Below, piece by piece: positions 39,332 to 49,685 of a stretch of DNA of 64,000 nt; position 1 is the stretch's first letter, and the number at the start of each line of letters is the position of its first letter. A program made the position numbers and the translations under genes. Under the pieces are notes generated by a model. The model did not search any database. It saw only the letters and a list, made by a program, of their open reading frames with translations, and was not told where the DNA came from. The stretch lies in NCBI GenBank assembly GCA_034530615.2, contig JAVRCV020000052.1, forward strand, positions 224,001 through 288,000, given 5' to 3'. This DNA is from Aulosira sp. ZfuVER01 (GTDB lineage Bacteria > Cyanobacteriota > Cyanobacteriia > Cyanobacteriales > Nostocaceae).

Positions 39332-41685
39332 GTCAAACTAAACAAGGCAAAAGCCAAAAGCCAAAAGGTAAATTCATTCACCATCTTTCTCTTTTGACTT
39401 TTTCGTTGACCCTTTTTACTTATTTAGTAACTTTGCCACCTCTGGGAAACATTGCCCCAGTTCAAGCACAAAGTTTATCGGCGGCGGTAAAAAAGGGTTT
39501 TACCTTGTTAAATAAAGGGTTAGTAAATGATGCCATCACTGCCTTCCAACAAGCACTCAAAAGTCAACCGTCATCTTTACAAGCAAGGTTAGGATTAGCG
39601 ATCGCCTATCGCCGCGCCGGACGCATTCAGGAAGCCTGGAGTGCCTATCAACAGGTAGTAGCAATAGACCCTAATAACCCACTAGCTTTAAAGACGATTG
39701 GTTTATTGGGTAGTTATCGTCCTGAGTGGCAAGTACAGGGAATTGCCGCTTTGACAACTTTCCTGAAGTCAAATCCCAATGACCTAGAAGCTCTTGGTTA
39801 TCGTGCTCTACTCTACTCTTACCAAGGAAGATTTACAGAGTCTCTAGCAGACTACCAACCTGTATTAGCAAATAACCCAACGCCAGATATAGTCATTGGT
39901 GCTGCCCAAGCTTATAGCTATAATGGCGAATTTTCCCAAGCATTAGAGTTGTTTAACCGCTACCAAGCTACGGGAAAACCGATTGTCGGCTATGCAGCAG
40001 TAGCTTACGGTCGCAGCTTACGAGAAACCGGCGACACTGCCGGGGCAATACAGGTTTTACAAGCACAATTAAAACGCTCAAATACCCTCGATGCTCTAGC
40101 GATTGAGACTCGTAAAGAACTAGCTATTGCCTACCTTGCCAATCAACAGCAAGCACAAGCCTTAGCAGTATTAGATCCATTACAAGGTAGGGCAGATGCG
40201 ATTTTACCCTTAGCGCGATCGCTCAATGAAATTCGCAAACGCATCAATAACCCCACCTTGACACAGCAGACAATCAATCTCTATCGTCAGGCATTAACCA
40301 ACAATCCTAACCCTTCTCCCACCTTGCTGCGAGAAGTTGCTGATGTCTTTAGTGGATTCCCGCAAGGACGACAAACAGCACTGCAACTTTATCGACAAGC
40401 AGCTTCACAGTTTCCCGGCGATCGCAGTCTGGTAGTAAAGCAATTAGCCTTGGAATCTCAATTAGGAATAGTTGCTAAAAGTGACTTAAGACAGCGTTTG
40501 GCTACTGTATTACAACCCTTGCCCACAGACCGCGGGCAACAGCAACAACTGGCTAATGCTTTGGTAAATATTGATGCTCCTGATGCAGAATTTTTACCTG
40601 TATACCAAAGTCTTTTACAAACAGGAGTGAACGCACCGTTTTTAAATTTCCGTATAGCTCAGATGTATATACAGCGGAACGATCTCAATGGTGCAAGACA
40701 AGCCTTGGCAGCTTATACCAGTAGTAATAAAGGTAATAAGGATCTTGCTCCTCAATTACTTGCCGCAGAAATTGAGCGCCGGGAAGGTAGTTTAGCAGCC
40801 AGTGCCCAACGTTACCAAGCTGTACTTGCTACTCGTCCTGATAGTAGCGATATTGTTGATGCGGCTTTGCGGGGACTAGCTGGTGTGCGATTGCAACAAA
40901 AGCATCTTGATGAAGCTGTGGCAGTATATGACCAACTGCTAGCTCGCAATCCTCAAGATTTGCCGACTCAGCTAGGACGCGCTAGCATTGCCTATCAAGC
41001 CAAGCGGATTTCTCAACCAGAAGCAGAGGCAGTTCTCAACAATTGGTTAGCGACACAGCCTGCAACTAATACGCCTTCAGAACTATACAGTTTGGTGGGC
41101 GTGCTACCGACTGACCCCCAACGGGAAGCTCTATATAATTACTTAATACAAATAGATCCTAGCTACATACCACTACAACTACGGCTAGTGCAGGTCATAG
41201 CCCAACGCAATCCCAGCCAAGCCCAAGCAAGGGTGAAGCAGCTGATTGCTCGTTTAGGTAACAATCCAGACTCCTATCAGTTACAGGCAGAGTTAGCTCG
41301 TGCTGTAGGTAATTTAGATTTAGCCAGCGTTGCCTATCAAAATATTCTGGCACAGCAACCAGATAACATAGATGCCCTAGCTGCTTTGGGAGGAATTCAC
41401 TTTGAACAACGCCGCTTTGAGTCAGCACAGGAAATATATAGTCAAGTGTTAGCACAAAAGCCGGATGACAAAGAAGCACGCCGCTCCCTCGCAGGATTAA
41501 GCACGGTTCTGGATCAGCCCTTGTCTGCATTGGCACAGCTAGAACAACTACAACTAGAAGCGATTTCCCAAGGAGAAACCGATACTGATGTCAGTCGCCA
41601 GATGCAGCACATCCAAGAAGACTTTCTCCTGCGAAGAGGTTTTCAACCTCCTTGGGAAGACCCTCAACGCCGCAATAAAAATTAA
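39328..41685 (+). CDS. Periplasmic TPR protein (BcsC-like scaffold without a barrel)
   Basis: Signal peptide (VQA|Q), many TPR units (AITAFQQALKSQP, AYQQVVAIDP, YDQLLARNP); ATGA overlap with the porin gene. Confidence 0.8.
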   Translation: MSQTKQGKSQKPKGKFIHHLSLLTFSLTLFTYLVTLPPLGNIAPVQAQSLSAAVKKGFTLLNKGLVNDAITAFQQALKSQPSSLQARLGLAIAYRRAGRIQEAWSAYQQVVAIDPNNPLALKTIGLLGSYRPEWQVQGIAALTTFLKSNPNDLEALGYRALLYSYQGRFTESLADYQPVLANNPTPDIVIGAAQAYSYNGEFSQALELFNRYQATGKPIVGYAAVAYGRSLRETGDTAGAIQVLQAQLKRSNTLDALAIETRKELAIAYLANQQQAQALAVLDPLQGRADAILPLARSLNEIRKRINNPTLTQQTINLYRQALTNNPNPSPTLLREVADVFSGFPQGRQTALQLYRQAASQFPGDRSLVVKQLALESQLGIVAKSDLRQRLATVLQPLPTDRGQQQQLANALVNIDAPDAEFLPVYQSLLQTGVNAPFLNFRIAQMYIQRNDLNGARQALAAYTSSNKGNKDLAPQLLAAEIERREGSLAASAQRYQAVLATRPDSSDIVDAALRGLAGVRLQQKHLDEAVAVYDQLLARNPQDLPTQLGRASIAYQAKRISQPEAEAVLNNWLATQPATNTPSELYSLVGVLPTDPQREALYNYLIQIDPSYIPLQLRLVQVIAQRNPSQAQARVKQLIARLGNNPDSYQLQAELARAVGNLDLASVAYQNILAQQPDNIDALAALGGIHFEQRRFESAQEIYSQVLAQKPDDKEARRSLAGLSTVLDQPLSALAQLEQLQLEAISQGETDTDVSRQMQHIQEDFLLRRGFQPPWEDPQRRNKN

Positions 41686-41840
41686 ATATCTTCACGAAAT
41701 ATTAGCAATCTTCAGTTAATTGTGAACCACCTCAAGGGAACAATAAGGGCAGGTTACGCGAAAAAGAACAAAATACCTAGCATTTCTTTTTCGCTTCCTG
41801 CACCCTCTGCCAACGTTTCACAAATCAAACAGTTCTTAGG

Positions 41841-43103
41841 ATGCGGTACCTTCCAAAAGTGGCAGTTCTTCTCTGTCCAATTTGTCTATCTGCCTGTGTC
41901 TTAGTCGTCAACCCCAAAACACCAAACGATCCAACTCCAGTAGCCAATGTTTCTAGTTCTAATGTAGATGGTAGTGAAAAAATGCCAGTGTTTTTGGCGG
42001 CTTTACCTCAATCCACCGCCAATCGGGAGTTACTAGCCGAAAGTTGGGACAGCTACCGCCGCAAATTTATTCAAGGTGATGGACGGGTAATTGATTATGA
42101 AGCTCGCGATCATTCCACTAGTGAAGGTCAAGCCTATGCCATGTTACGAGCTGTACTCATCGATGACCCCGAAACTTTTGCCCTGACTTTAAAGTGGGCA
42201 GAAAGTAACTTGATGCGGCAACAGAATGGTAAACCTACAGATAGTTTATGGGCTTGGAAGTGGGGACAAAAACAAGATGGTAGCTGGGGTATCATCGACA
42301 GCAACTTTGCCAGTGATGGAGATATAGATGCCATTACTTCCCTGATTTTCGCAGCACGGCGCTGGAATCGTCCTGAGTACATGGAACTAGCGAAAATCAA
42401 ACTGCAAGATTTATGGAAACTTTCTAGCATTTCTGGGACTGGCGGAAAACGCTATCTGCTTCCAGGCCCCGCGTCAGCATTTGCTCCAAATGAATCTACC
42501 CTCTACCTCAACCCTTCTTATCTTGCTCCCTATGCTTTTCGCATTTTTGCACAAATCGATCCTGCACATGACTGGTTGAGTTTAGTAGACAGCAGCTACC
42601 AGATTTTGGAAAATTCTGCACAGCTTTCTACCGTGGGTTTACCTAGTGATTGGGTAGCTCTAAATCTAAAAACAAATCAATTCCAGACTACACCAAACTC
42701 TAGTGCGCTCAAGAGTTTGTATGGTTTTGATGCTTATCGAGTGTGGTGGCGGTTATCACTTGATGCTGTCTGGTTTAATTCACCGCAAGCACACCAATAT
42801 TTAGAGAAATTCACTCAACATTTACAAAATTTGTGGACTCAACAATCGTACATCCCGGCACGTATCGACCTCCAAGGAAAAGCATTAGTAGATTACGATG
42901 CTACATCTCAATACGCCATGTTGTATACAGCTATGCGCTTGGTTAAACCCACACTAGCGCAAGAAATACTAGAGAAAAAATTGCTACCTCAATACAAGCA
43001 AGGAATTTGGGGCGAACACTCAGCATATTACACCCAAAACCTGGTTTGGTTAGGGTTACTGCCTCCAGATTCAATGCCGAAACAGCTCATCAAAGCTAAT
43101 TAG
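41841..43103 (+). CDS. bcsZ: GH8 endoglucanase (BcsZ-like lipoprotein)
   Basis: Lipobox LSAC; TSEGQAYAML, NFASDGD, NPSYL, YGFDAYRV. Confidence 0.88.
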   Translation: MRYLPKVAVLLCPICLSACVLVVNPKTPNDPTPVANVSSSNVDGSEKMPVFLAALPQSTANRELLAESWDSYRRKFIQGDGRVIDYEARDHSTSEGQAYAMLRAVLIDDPETFALTLKWAESNLMRQQNGKPTDSLWAWKWGQKQDGSWGIIDSNFASDGDIDAITSLIFAARRWNRPEYMELAKIKLQDLWKLSSISGTGGKRYLLPGPASAFAPNESTLYLNPSYLAPYAFRIFAQIDPAHDWLSLVDSSYQILENSAQLSTVGLPSDWVALNLKTNQFQTTPNSSALKSLYGFDAYRVWWRLSLDAVWFNSPQAHQYLEKFTQHLQNLWTQQSYIPARIDLQGKALVDYDATSQYAMLYTAMRLVKPTLAQEILEKKLLPQYKQGIWGEHSAYYTQNLVWLGLLPPDSMPKQLIKAN

Positions 43104-43243
43104 CAGGAGGTTGTGTTGTTTAGTCAAAAAGAATAGGAGCTATAAAAATCACAAATTTAGTGATTATTTTCACTTAAGAAATCGCATTTAAAAACCAAAA
43201 CTCGAACAATATATCTACTATCTACCATCACTCACACCTTACC

Positions 43244-45601
43244 ATGAAGCAATTGTTTCATCTTTTCTCCACTAGCACAAAAGTAATTGTTGTTACTTCT
43301 TGCTGTTTATTGTTTCCCGATTCGTTACTCAGCGTTAATGCTCAGAGCAAAGGTTCCAATCTGCAACAGCCAGTTTTAATGGCACAAGCAAATACAGCAA
43401 GTAAGAGTACACAAAAGCCAGAAACAAACGCCCTTGCAGAAGGTGCTGATGCTAAAAATCTTATAACTTACAATCTAGAATTTAATCGCAGCCCAATTGT
43501 GGGCAATCGTATGCGCTTGCGGGGGGTTTATTCAGAAGCACGTCTTGCTTTTACCCGCCCTCGTAGCTGGAAACTCGATCGGGGTCAGGTGAAAGCTTTA
43601 ATCCGCTTCCAACACTCGCCAGCATTATATGCCAGTCGCTCTAACTTAACTATGCTAGTTAATGGTACTAGTGTTGGTAGTGTACCTCTGAATCGGAAAC
43701 AGTCTCAAGTCGGTCAAGTATTGTTGAACATACCGCCGAACTTACTTCAGGACTATAACGAATTAACAATCGTCGCCCAGCAGAACAACTCTCTTGAATG
43801 TAGTAATCCTAATAGCCCAGATTTGTGGACAGAAATTCTGCCAGATTCCAAATTAATTTTTAACTTCCAACAGCAGCAGATTCCCCTCAATTTTAGTCGC
43901 TATCCTTATCCTTTCTTTGATGAACTAGGCTTAGATACTAACCAAATTGTTTATCTGCAACCTAGCCAAGTGAGTCAATCTTGGCTGACTCCGGCAGCTC
44001 GCTTACAAGCAGCCCTAGGCAGAATCGCGGATTTTCGCCCAATAGATACAAACTTAGTGTCTAATGTGTCAGATGTAAAACCGAGTCAACGTTTAGTCAT
44101 CATTGGTACTCCTAGCGAACAACCTACCTTAGCTACTTGGAAGAATTTACCTCTCAAAGTTATTAGCTCTCAAATTCTCGATCGCGATAACAATCCGATA
44201 CCTGAAGACACAGGGGTATTGATAATTTCCCGTATCGATAAGAGCAATACTCCCGTATTAATTGCTACTGGCAATAGCAGCAAAGCTGTAGCAAAGGCAG
44301 TACAGTTTTTGACACAACCTGATGTGCGGAAAATGGGTACAGGTCAAGTAGTTTTAGTTGATAAGCTCCAGGAAACACTAACACCTGGTTCCCGCCAGTG
44401 GCCTCGTTATTTACCAGAGAAAAATACATTTCAACTTAGCGATATCAAAACCCAAGTAAACGGTCAGCCTTTTGGTGACGTAACTGTGCGTGGTGCAGCA
44501 GCGCCAGCAATTGATATTGATTTCCACGCCTTACCAGACGATCGCTTTGTGCGTGGTAGTTCCATGAATCTGGTTTACAGCTATGGGCCGCAGATGAATC
44601 CCAGAACCTCGGCTGTAGAAGTGCTACTAGATGGTGTATTCATCGGTGGGGCACGTCTTGACTCAGAATCAGGCGCAAATCGCAAAAATCTGAAAGTAAA
44701 TTTGCCGGAAAATTTAATTAAGCCTAACTCTAAATTGCAAGTGTTTTTCCGGATGAACTCCAGAGAACCATTTGATAAACAGAACTGTCTCGAGCCACCC
44801 GATCAACAACTTACAGGTACAGTGCATTCTGATACTAGTTTCGACTTACGGCGAGAAATATCAGCAGATTTACCAGATCTGAACCTATTAAAATTTGGTT
44901 TTCCATTTACCGCACCTCAGGATTTATCGAAAACGGCAATTGTCGTACCCCAAAATCCATCAGCTACAGATATATTAACTTTGCTGGCATTTAGCGATCG
45001 CTTAGGAAGACTGAGTCAAGCCGATGCGGTCAAACTTGATGTTTACACACCAGAGACATTACCCGAAACAGTCCGCAGTAATGATCATTTAGTGGGAATT
45101 GGCACTAGGGAAAAGTTTCCTATTCCCGATGTGTTTCAGTCTAGCGGTTTGAACTTAAGTCAGGCATTTTCTCGCTTATCAGCCCAAGCAACAATTCAAA
45201 CTCCTCAGGATGCTCAAGGGATGATTAAGCAGATTATCTCTCCTTGGAATGGCGATCGCGTGATTTTGGCTTTGACAGCTCAATCTGAAACTGGTTTAGA
45301 ACGAGTCAGACAAGTCCTCAATCAAGACTCGTGGTTCTTCCAACTTAAAAAAGATACGGTACTGATTAGTAGTGACCAAAGAAACCCGGCTCCCTACGAT
45401 CCTAATGCTTATCAATTAGATTTTTTCCAAAGTGCTCCCTCGATTAAGCGCTGGGAAAAAACTACTCTCTTAAGTAAGGTATCGCGCCTCGTTCAAGAAA
45501 ATTGGTTGTTACTACCTATAGGGATTGTTGGTTTTTCTATTCTGCTTTATGGCATTTCTCAGTTGTATATCAAACGTCTATCTAATGGCGAGAAGAAGTA
45601 A
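43244..45601 (+). CDS. bcsB: Cellulose synthase subunit B
   Basis: Signal peptide, duplicated jelly-roll/flavodoxin-like layout (HSPAL...NGT...C...LWTEI...YPYPFFD; LPDL...GFPFT), C-terminal TM; immediately upstream of bcsA. Confidence 0.85.
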   Translation: MKQLFHLFSTSTKVIVVTSCCLLFPDSLLSVNAQSKGSNLQQPVLMAQANTASKSTQKPETNALAEGADAKNLITYNLEFNRSPIVGNRMRLRGVYSEARLAFTRPRSWKLDRGQVKALIRFQHSPALYASRSNLTMLVNGTSVGSVPLNRKQSQVGQVLLNIPPNLLQDYNELTIVAQQNNSLECSNPNSPDLWTEILPDSKLIFNFQQQQIPLNFSRYPYPFFDELGLDTNQIVYLQPSQVSQSWLTPAARLQAALGRIADFRPIDTNLVSNVSDVKPSQRLVIIGTPSEQPTLATWKNLPLKVISSQILDRDNNPIPEDTGVLIISRIDKSNTPVLIATGNSSKAVAKAVQFLTQPDVRKMGTGQVVLVDKLQETLTPGSRQWPRYLPEKNTFQLSDIKTQVNGQPFGDVTVRGAAAPAIDIDFHALPDDRFVRGSSMNLVYSYGPQMNPRTSAVEVLLDGVFIGGARLDSESGANRKNLKVNLPENLIKPNSKLQVFFRMNSREPFDKQNCLEPPDQQLTGTVHSDTSFDLRREISADLPDLNLLKFGFPFTAPQDLSKTAIVVPQNPSATDILTLLAFSDRLGRLSQADAVKLDVYTPETLPETVRSNDHLVGIGTREKFPIPDVFQSSGLNLSQAFSRLSAQATIQTPQDAQGMIKQIISPWNGDRVILALTAQSETGLERVRQVLNQDSWFFQLKKDTVLISSDQRNPAPYDPNAYQLDFFQSAPSIKRWEKTTLLSKVSRLVQENWLLLPIGIVGFSILLYGISQLYIKRLSNGEKK

Positions 45602-45694
45602 AAAATGCAAATATTCGCAGATATAACAAATAATTATCTGTATCTATTTGTGAATAAAAGCTCAAATTTCACATCTAAAAATTGAACATTACAA

Positions 45695-48301
45695 ATGTCT
45701 TCTTCTTCATACATACCACCTCGTAAACCAGGCGATCGCCAGCGCACCAAATTAAGCCATTGGTTAATTGATCTGACTCCCAGTTTATTTGATCGTGCCC
45801 TCGAAAACATTGGTTTGAAACAGTTGAAGTGGATAGGTGCGCTACTTCTGTTGCTTTCTGTGCCATTGATTATTACTCCAATAGCAGTTTGGCAACAGGG
45901 TGCAGTTGCCGTCTTTTTAGTATTACTTGGTCAGTTAGTTATACAAGCTGAAAATCAAGAATCTTCTGCTGATATCAGCCAGTATTACCATCTATTTATG
46001 GTGTGGCTGAGTTTGGTAACAACACTGCGTTATTTATACTACCGCACTAGCTATACGCTGAATTTTGATGGCTGGGTAAATAGTATTGCTTGTTTACTGT
46101 TATTTGCAGCAGAACTCTATGCCATCCTGACTTTGGTGTTGGCATATTTTCAAACTCTCAAAATTAAAGAACGTCAGCCAGTTAATTTATCTACCATTGC
46201 GGAAGCAGAATGGTTCAACGTTGATATTTATATTCCGACTTACAACGAAGATGTTGAAATTGTCCGCAAGACTGCATTAGCAGCCTTGGCTTGTGACTAT
46301 GCTGCTGGCAAAAAGAAGGTTTATATTCTGGATGATGGTCGTCCAGAAAGATACAAGGAAAATGACCCGCGTCGGGAAAAGTTTAGCGCTAGACGGGAAC
46401 AGATCCGGCAAATGTGCGAAGAACTAGGTTGCATACACATGACGCGGGATAATAATGACCATGCCAAGGCTGGTAATATCAACACCGCATTTCGCAAAAC
46501 TGACGGTGACTTAGTGCTGATTTTGGACTGTGACCATATACCGTCGCGGCAATTTCTCTTGCATACAGTAGGCTTCTTTTTTGATCCGAAAGTTTCTTTT
46601 GTCCAAACTCCCCACTGGTTTTATAATCCCGACCCCTTTGAGCGCAATTTGCTGACTCAAGGTAAAATCCCCGTGGGCAATGAACTATTTTATAAAGTTT
46701 TACAAAAAGGCAACGATTTTTGGAATGCTTCTTTTTTCTGCGGTTCAGCAGCATTAATTCGTAAAGCCCACGCCCTAGAAGTTGGTGGAATTGCCGTAGA
46801 AACGGTGACAGAAGATTGTCATACTGCTTTGCGGCTGCATTCTAAAGGTTACAAGTCGGTGTACTACGACAAAATTATGGTGGCTGGTTTAGCACCAGAA
46901 ACCTTTTCTTCTTATGTTGGACAACAAGTACGTTGGGCTAGGGGAATGGCCCAAATATTGCGGTTGGAAAATCCCTTCTTTAATCGCAAACTGAAGCTAA
47001 CATTTGCTCAGCGAATTTGTTATTTAAGCGCAACTTCGCACTTTTTATATGGGTATCCGCGATTAGTATATGCGATCGCGCCTACTCTATTTTTATTATT
47101 TGGGATTAACTCTGTCCAAGGTTTGGGTTTAGAAACTTTAGCTTACGCCATACCACATATTATCCTCTCTTTATCAGCGAATTACATCATTTACAAACAC
47201 GTCCGCTTTTCTTTCTGGAATGAAATTTTTGAATTTGCAATGGCTTTCCAGGCTGGGTGGGTTACTATGTTGGCGCTGATTAACCCCAAGTTAGGTTCGT
47301 TTAACGTTACTGATAAAGGAGTATCTGTCACCCAACGCATCTTTGACTGGGAATCAATGCGTGGTCTGTTGGTAGTTACAGGGGTGGTGATTGCTTCCTT
47401 GCTGGCTGTCCCCTATTGGCTACTACTTCGCCCTGAAGATTGGCAAGCTGTCTTAGTCAATACCCTGTGGTCTATTTTTAACATAATTTTGCTAGTAGCT
47501 GCTTTGTTAGTTGGCTTTGAACAACCGCAAGTGCGTTCTGCACACAGATTACAACGACGACTTAATGTGGTTATTTCTAGTAACGACCAAGTAGTTATGG
47601 GCGAAACAGTAAATATCTCAGAAACAGGGGCGTTAATTTCTTTGGAATCTTGGCCGAATTTGGCAGATGAAGTGGAAATTGAGGTGATGGGAGATTTTAG
47701 CGCTAGAGCTACTCTCACAGCAAGGATTATCCGGGTTTCTCCGGTTAATGATGCAGAAACACATTTAGCAGTTGATTTTGTCAATCCTAATCCTGCCCAA
47801 CTTGATGCTTTAACTTTAGTTTTATATTCTGATGTCCGGGAATGGTATTCCCAAAAACGGCAGTATGTAGACAAGCCAATGGCTTCCTTTGGGTTTTTGG
47901 CCACTAGTTTGACTCGTTCTTTAAGAGATATCAAACAACCCATGCGCAAGAAGGTACGCAAGCAAGTACAAACTGTGGGTCAACTTTACTGGGATGGTCA
48001 CTTCTTCTCTGGAGTTACAACAGAATTAGGGGTTACAGGTTTACGGTTGGAGTTAGAAGATACAAAAGCCGTATCCTCTAACAGAATACTCAGAGAACAA
48101 GACTGGCATACGATGCGAACACTTAAACCACTGGTGGGTTTGCTTTTAAATCAGGATGGAGATTACCCCAGCCGATTGGTTGCGGAAATTATCGCAGTAG
48201 AGGAACAACCCAACGGTAAAATTGCGATCGAGTTTCATTTTCCTGAGAAATTCAAGCAACGCCAAGACACCAGAATTAAACAACTGTTGCAAATCTTGTA
48301 A
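45695..48301 (+). CDS. bcsA: Cellulose synthase catalytic subunit (GT2 + PilZ)
   Basis: IPTYNE, LDDG, HAKAGN, DCD, QTPH, FFCGS, TED, QQVRW, FNVTDK gating loop, PilZ RSAHR and NISETG. Confidence 0.93.
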   Translation: MSSSSYIPPRKPGDRQRTKLSHWLIDLTPSLFDRALENIGLKQLKWIGALLLLLSVPLIITPIAVWQQGAVAVFLVLLGQLVIQAENQESSADISQYYHLFMVWLSLVTTLRYLYYRTSYTLNFDGWVNSIACLLLFAAELYAILTLVLAYFQTLKIKERQPVNLSTIAEAEWFNVDIYIPTYNEDVEIVRKTALAALACDYAAGKKKVYILDDGRPERYKENDPRREKFSARREQIRQMCEELGCIHMTRDNNDHAKAGNINTAFRKTDGDLVLILDCDHIPSRQFLLHTVGFFFDPKVSFVQTPHWFYNPDPFERNLLTQGKIPVGNELFYKVLQKGNDFWNASFFCGSAALIRKAHALEVGGIAVETVTEDCHTALRLHSKGYKSVYYDKIMVAGLAPETFSSYVGQQVRWARGMAQILRLENPFFNRKLKLTFAQRICYLSATSHFLYGYPRLVYAIAPTLFLLFGINSVQGLGLETLAYAIPHIILSLSANYIIYKHVRFSFWNEIFEFAMAFQAGWVTMLALINPKLGSFNVTDKGVSVTQRIFDWESMRGLLVVTGVVIASLLAVPYWLLLRPEDWQAVLVNTLWSIFNIILLVAALLVGFEQPQVRSAHRLQRRLNVVISSNDQVVMGETVNISETGALISLESWPNLADEVEIEVMGDFSARATLTARIIRVSPVNDAETHLAVDFVNPNPAQLDALTLVLYSDVREWYSQKRQYVDKPMASFGFLATSLTRSLRDIKQPMRKKVRKQVQTVGQLYWDGHFFSGVTTELGVTGLRLELEDTKAVSSNRILREQDWHTMRTLKPLVGLLLNQDGDYPSRLVAEIIAVEEQPNGKIAIEFHFPEKFKQRQDTRIKQLLQIL

Positions 48302-48388
48302 TTAAAGTACTGGGTATTTTGACAGACTAGAACTGATTTAGGCGATCGCACTCAAAAATTATAACGGTTGGATTGGTATTGCCTAGTA

Positions 48389-48416
48389 GGGGCGGGGTTT
48401 TCCCGCCCTTTACTTT
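48389..48416 (+). terminator. GC-rich hairpin downstream of bcsA
   Basis: GGGCGGG-gtttt-CCCGCCC followed by TTTACTTT. Confidence 0.55.
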
Positions 48417-48594
48417 ACGAAAATCTATCTGGAGATTGTTAAAGAGGTCACATAATCTCATAAGCTAATTTTAAAGCGATTTTTGCCAAGGTCGTCTTAG
48501 TGTTTTGGAAATACAGGCTTTGTCTGTTGGACAACGGCTGGTAAAGTATCGCCTACGCTGTATTATCACTTAGTCCTTAACCCCCAGTTTCAAG

Positions 48595-48918
48595 ATGCCT
48601 CTAAAAATCGTTCAGAACTTCGATAGTAGTTTCATTCTTGCAGCCGAAGCCAAAGAGATTCTATTTAAATTGCTCAATAATGAAAATTTCTTAACGCAAA
48701 TTGCACAACAGTTATCAGTAGAAGAAGTTGAATTTGCAGAGTTAATTTTTCAGCCAGTTCCCTATAGCTTTAATACTCCCAAAGGGATGCCGAAAGAATT
48801 TGAACAATACCATGAATCTCAGGAGTACGTCATTATCAACGTGCCACCAAATTTTATGTTTAGTGCAAAAATTTTTCAGCCTAGTCGGCTGTGTGCAATT
48901 TACCGTAAAATTGGCTAA
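48595..48918 (+). CDS. Hypothetical protein
   Basis: 107-aa ATG-started ORF with ordinary composition. Confidence 0.7.
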   Translation: MPLKIVQNFDSSFILAAEAKEILFKLLNNENFLTQIAQQLSVEEVEFAELIFQPVPYSFNTPKGMPKEFEQYHESQEYVIINVPPNFMFSAKIFQPSRLCAIYRKIG

Positions 48919-49006
48919 TAGTGGAATCATTTAAATAATAAGATAACGTTTACTCTTTTACCATTAACCAATATTAATTAAGTTAGATACTTTACTACTT
49001 TAATTT

Positions 49007-49552
49007 ATGAACACTGAAACAAATATTCCTTTGTTAGCAACACTAGAATATGTTCCTTACATAGATGATTGTGGACAACTACCGGAACAATTTCAGGGCA
49101 AAATTGGAGTCTATGCAATTTTTGATCGAGAAAAAGTGCTGCAATTTGTCGGCTATTCTCGTGATGTTTATCTCAGTCTCAAACAGCATTTAGTGCGTCA
49201 GCCACAACAATGTTATTGGTTGAAAGTTCAGACCATTGACCGTCCTAGCCGCACTGTTTTAGAAAGTATCGAGCAGGCTTGGATTGCTGAAAATGGCAGC
49301 GTACCTTCAGGTAATGCGGAAAACAAAGAAGCATGGACAAATCCCATCGATGTTAAAGCCGTCATGACACCTGAAGAAAGGGAAAATTATCAAAAGCCAG
49401 TCAATGATGAATTGACGCAAATGAAAATCCTGAAAAATGTAGCACGGCGAGTAGAGGCAGAAATTTTAGCTGTATTAGAAAACCGTGGTTGCCAAATGCA
49501 AATTCGCTTTAATCCTAAGTTGAAAGAAGAAGGACTGCTTGATTTGAAATGA
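49007..49552 (+). CDS. GIY-YIG-like domain protein (conserved cyanobacterial)
   Basis: GVYAIFD...FVGYSRDV...LKQHL pattern. Confidence 0.75.
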   Translation: MNTETNIPLLATLEYVPYIDDCGQLPEQFQGKIGVYAIFDREKVLQFVGYSRDVYLSLKQHLVRQPQQCYWLKVQTIDRPSRTVLESIEQAWIAENGSVPSGNAENKEAWTNPIDVKAVMTPEERENYQKPVNDELTQMKILKNVARRVEAEILAVLENRGCQMQIRFNPKLKEEGLLDLK

Positions 49553-49685
49553 TAGTAGTTTTGCTTAGACTTAACTTCATAACTCAGATCGTAACTCTGC
49601 ATTCACAAAGGCCCCCAAAAAACCAATTTGGGTATTAAGATTTGATTGTTCAATTAAATTTAGATGCCAATTTTACGCTAGTAGG

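Noticed and set aside
49007..49552. GIY-YIG protein as a mobile homing endonuclease or defence gene
   Set aside because: No intron/intein context or partner genes; it looks like the ordinary conserved cyanobacterial family.
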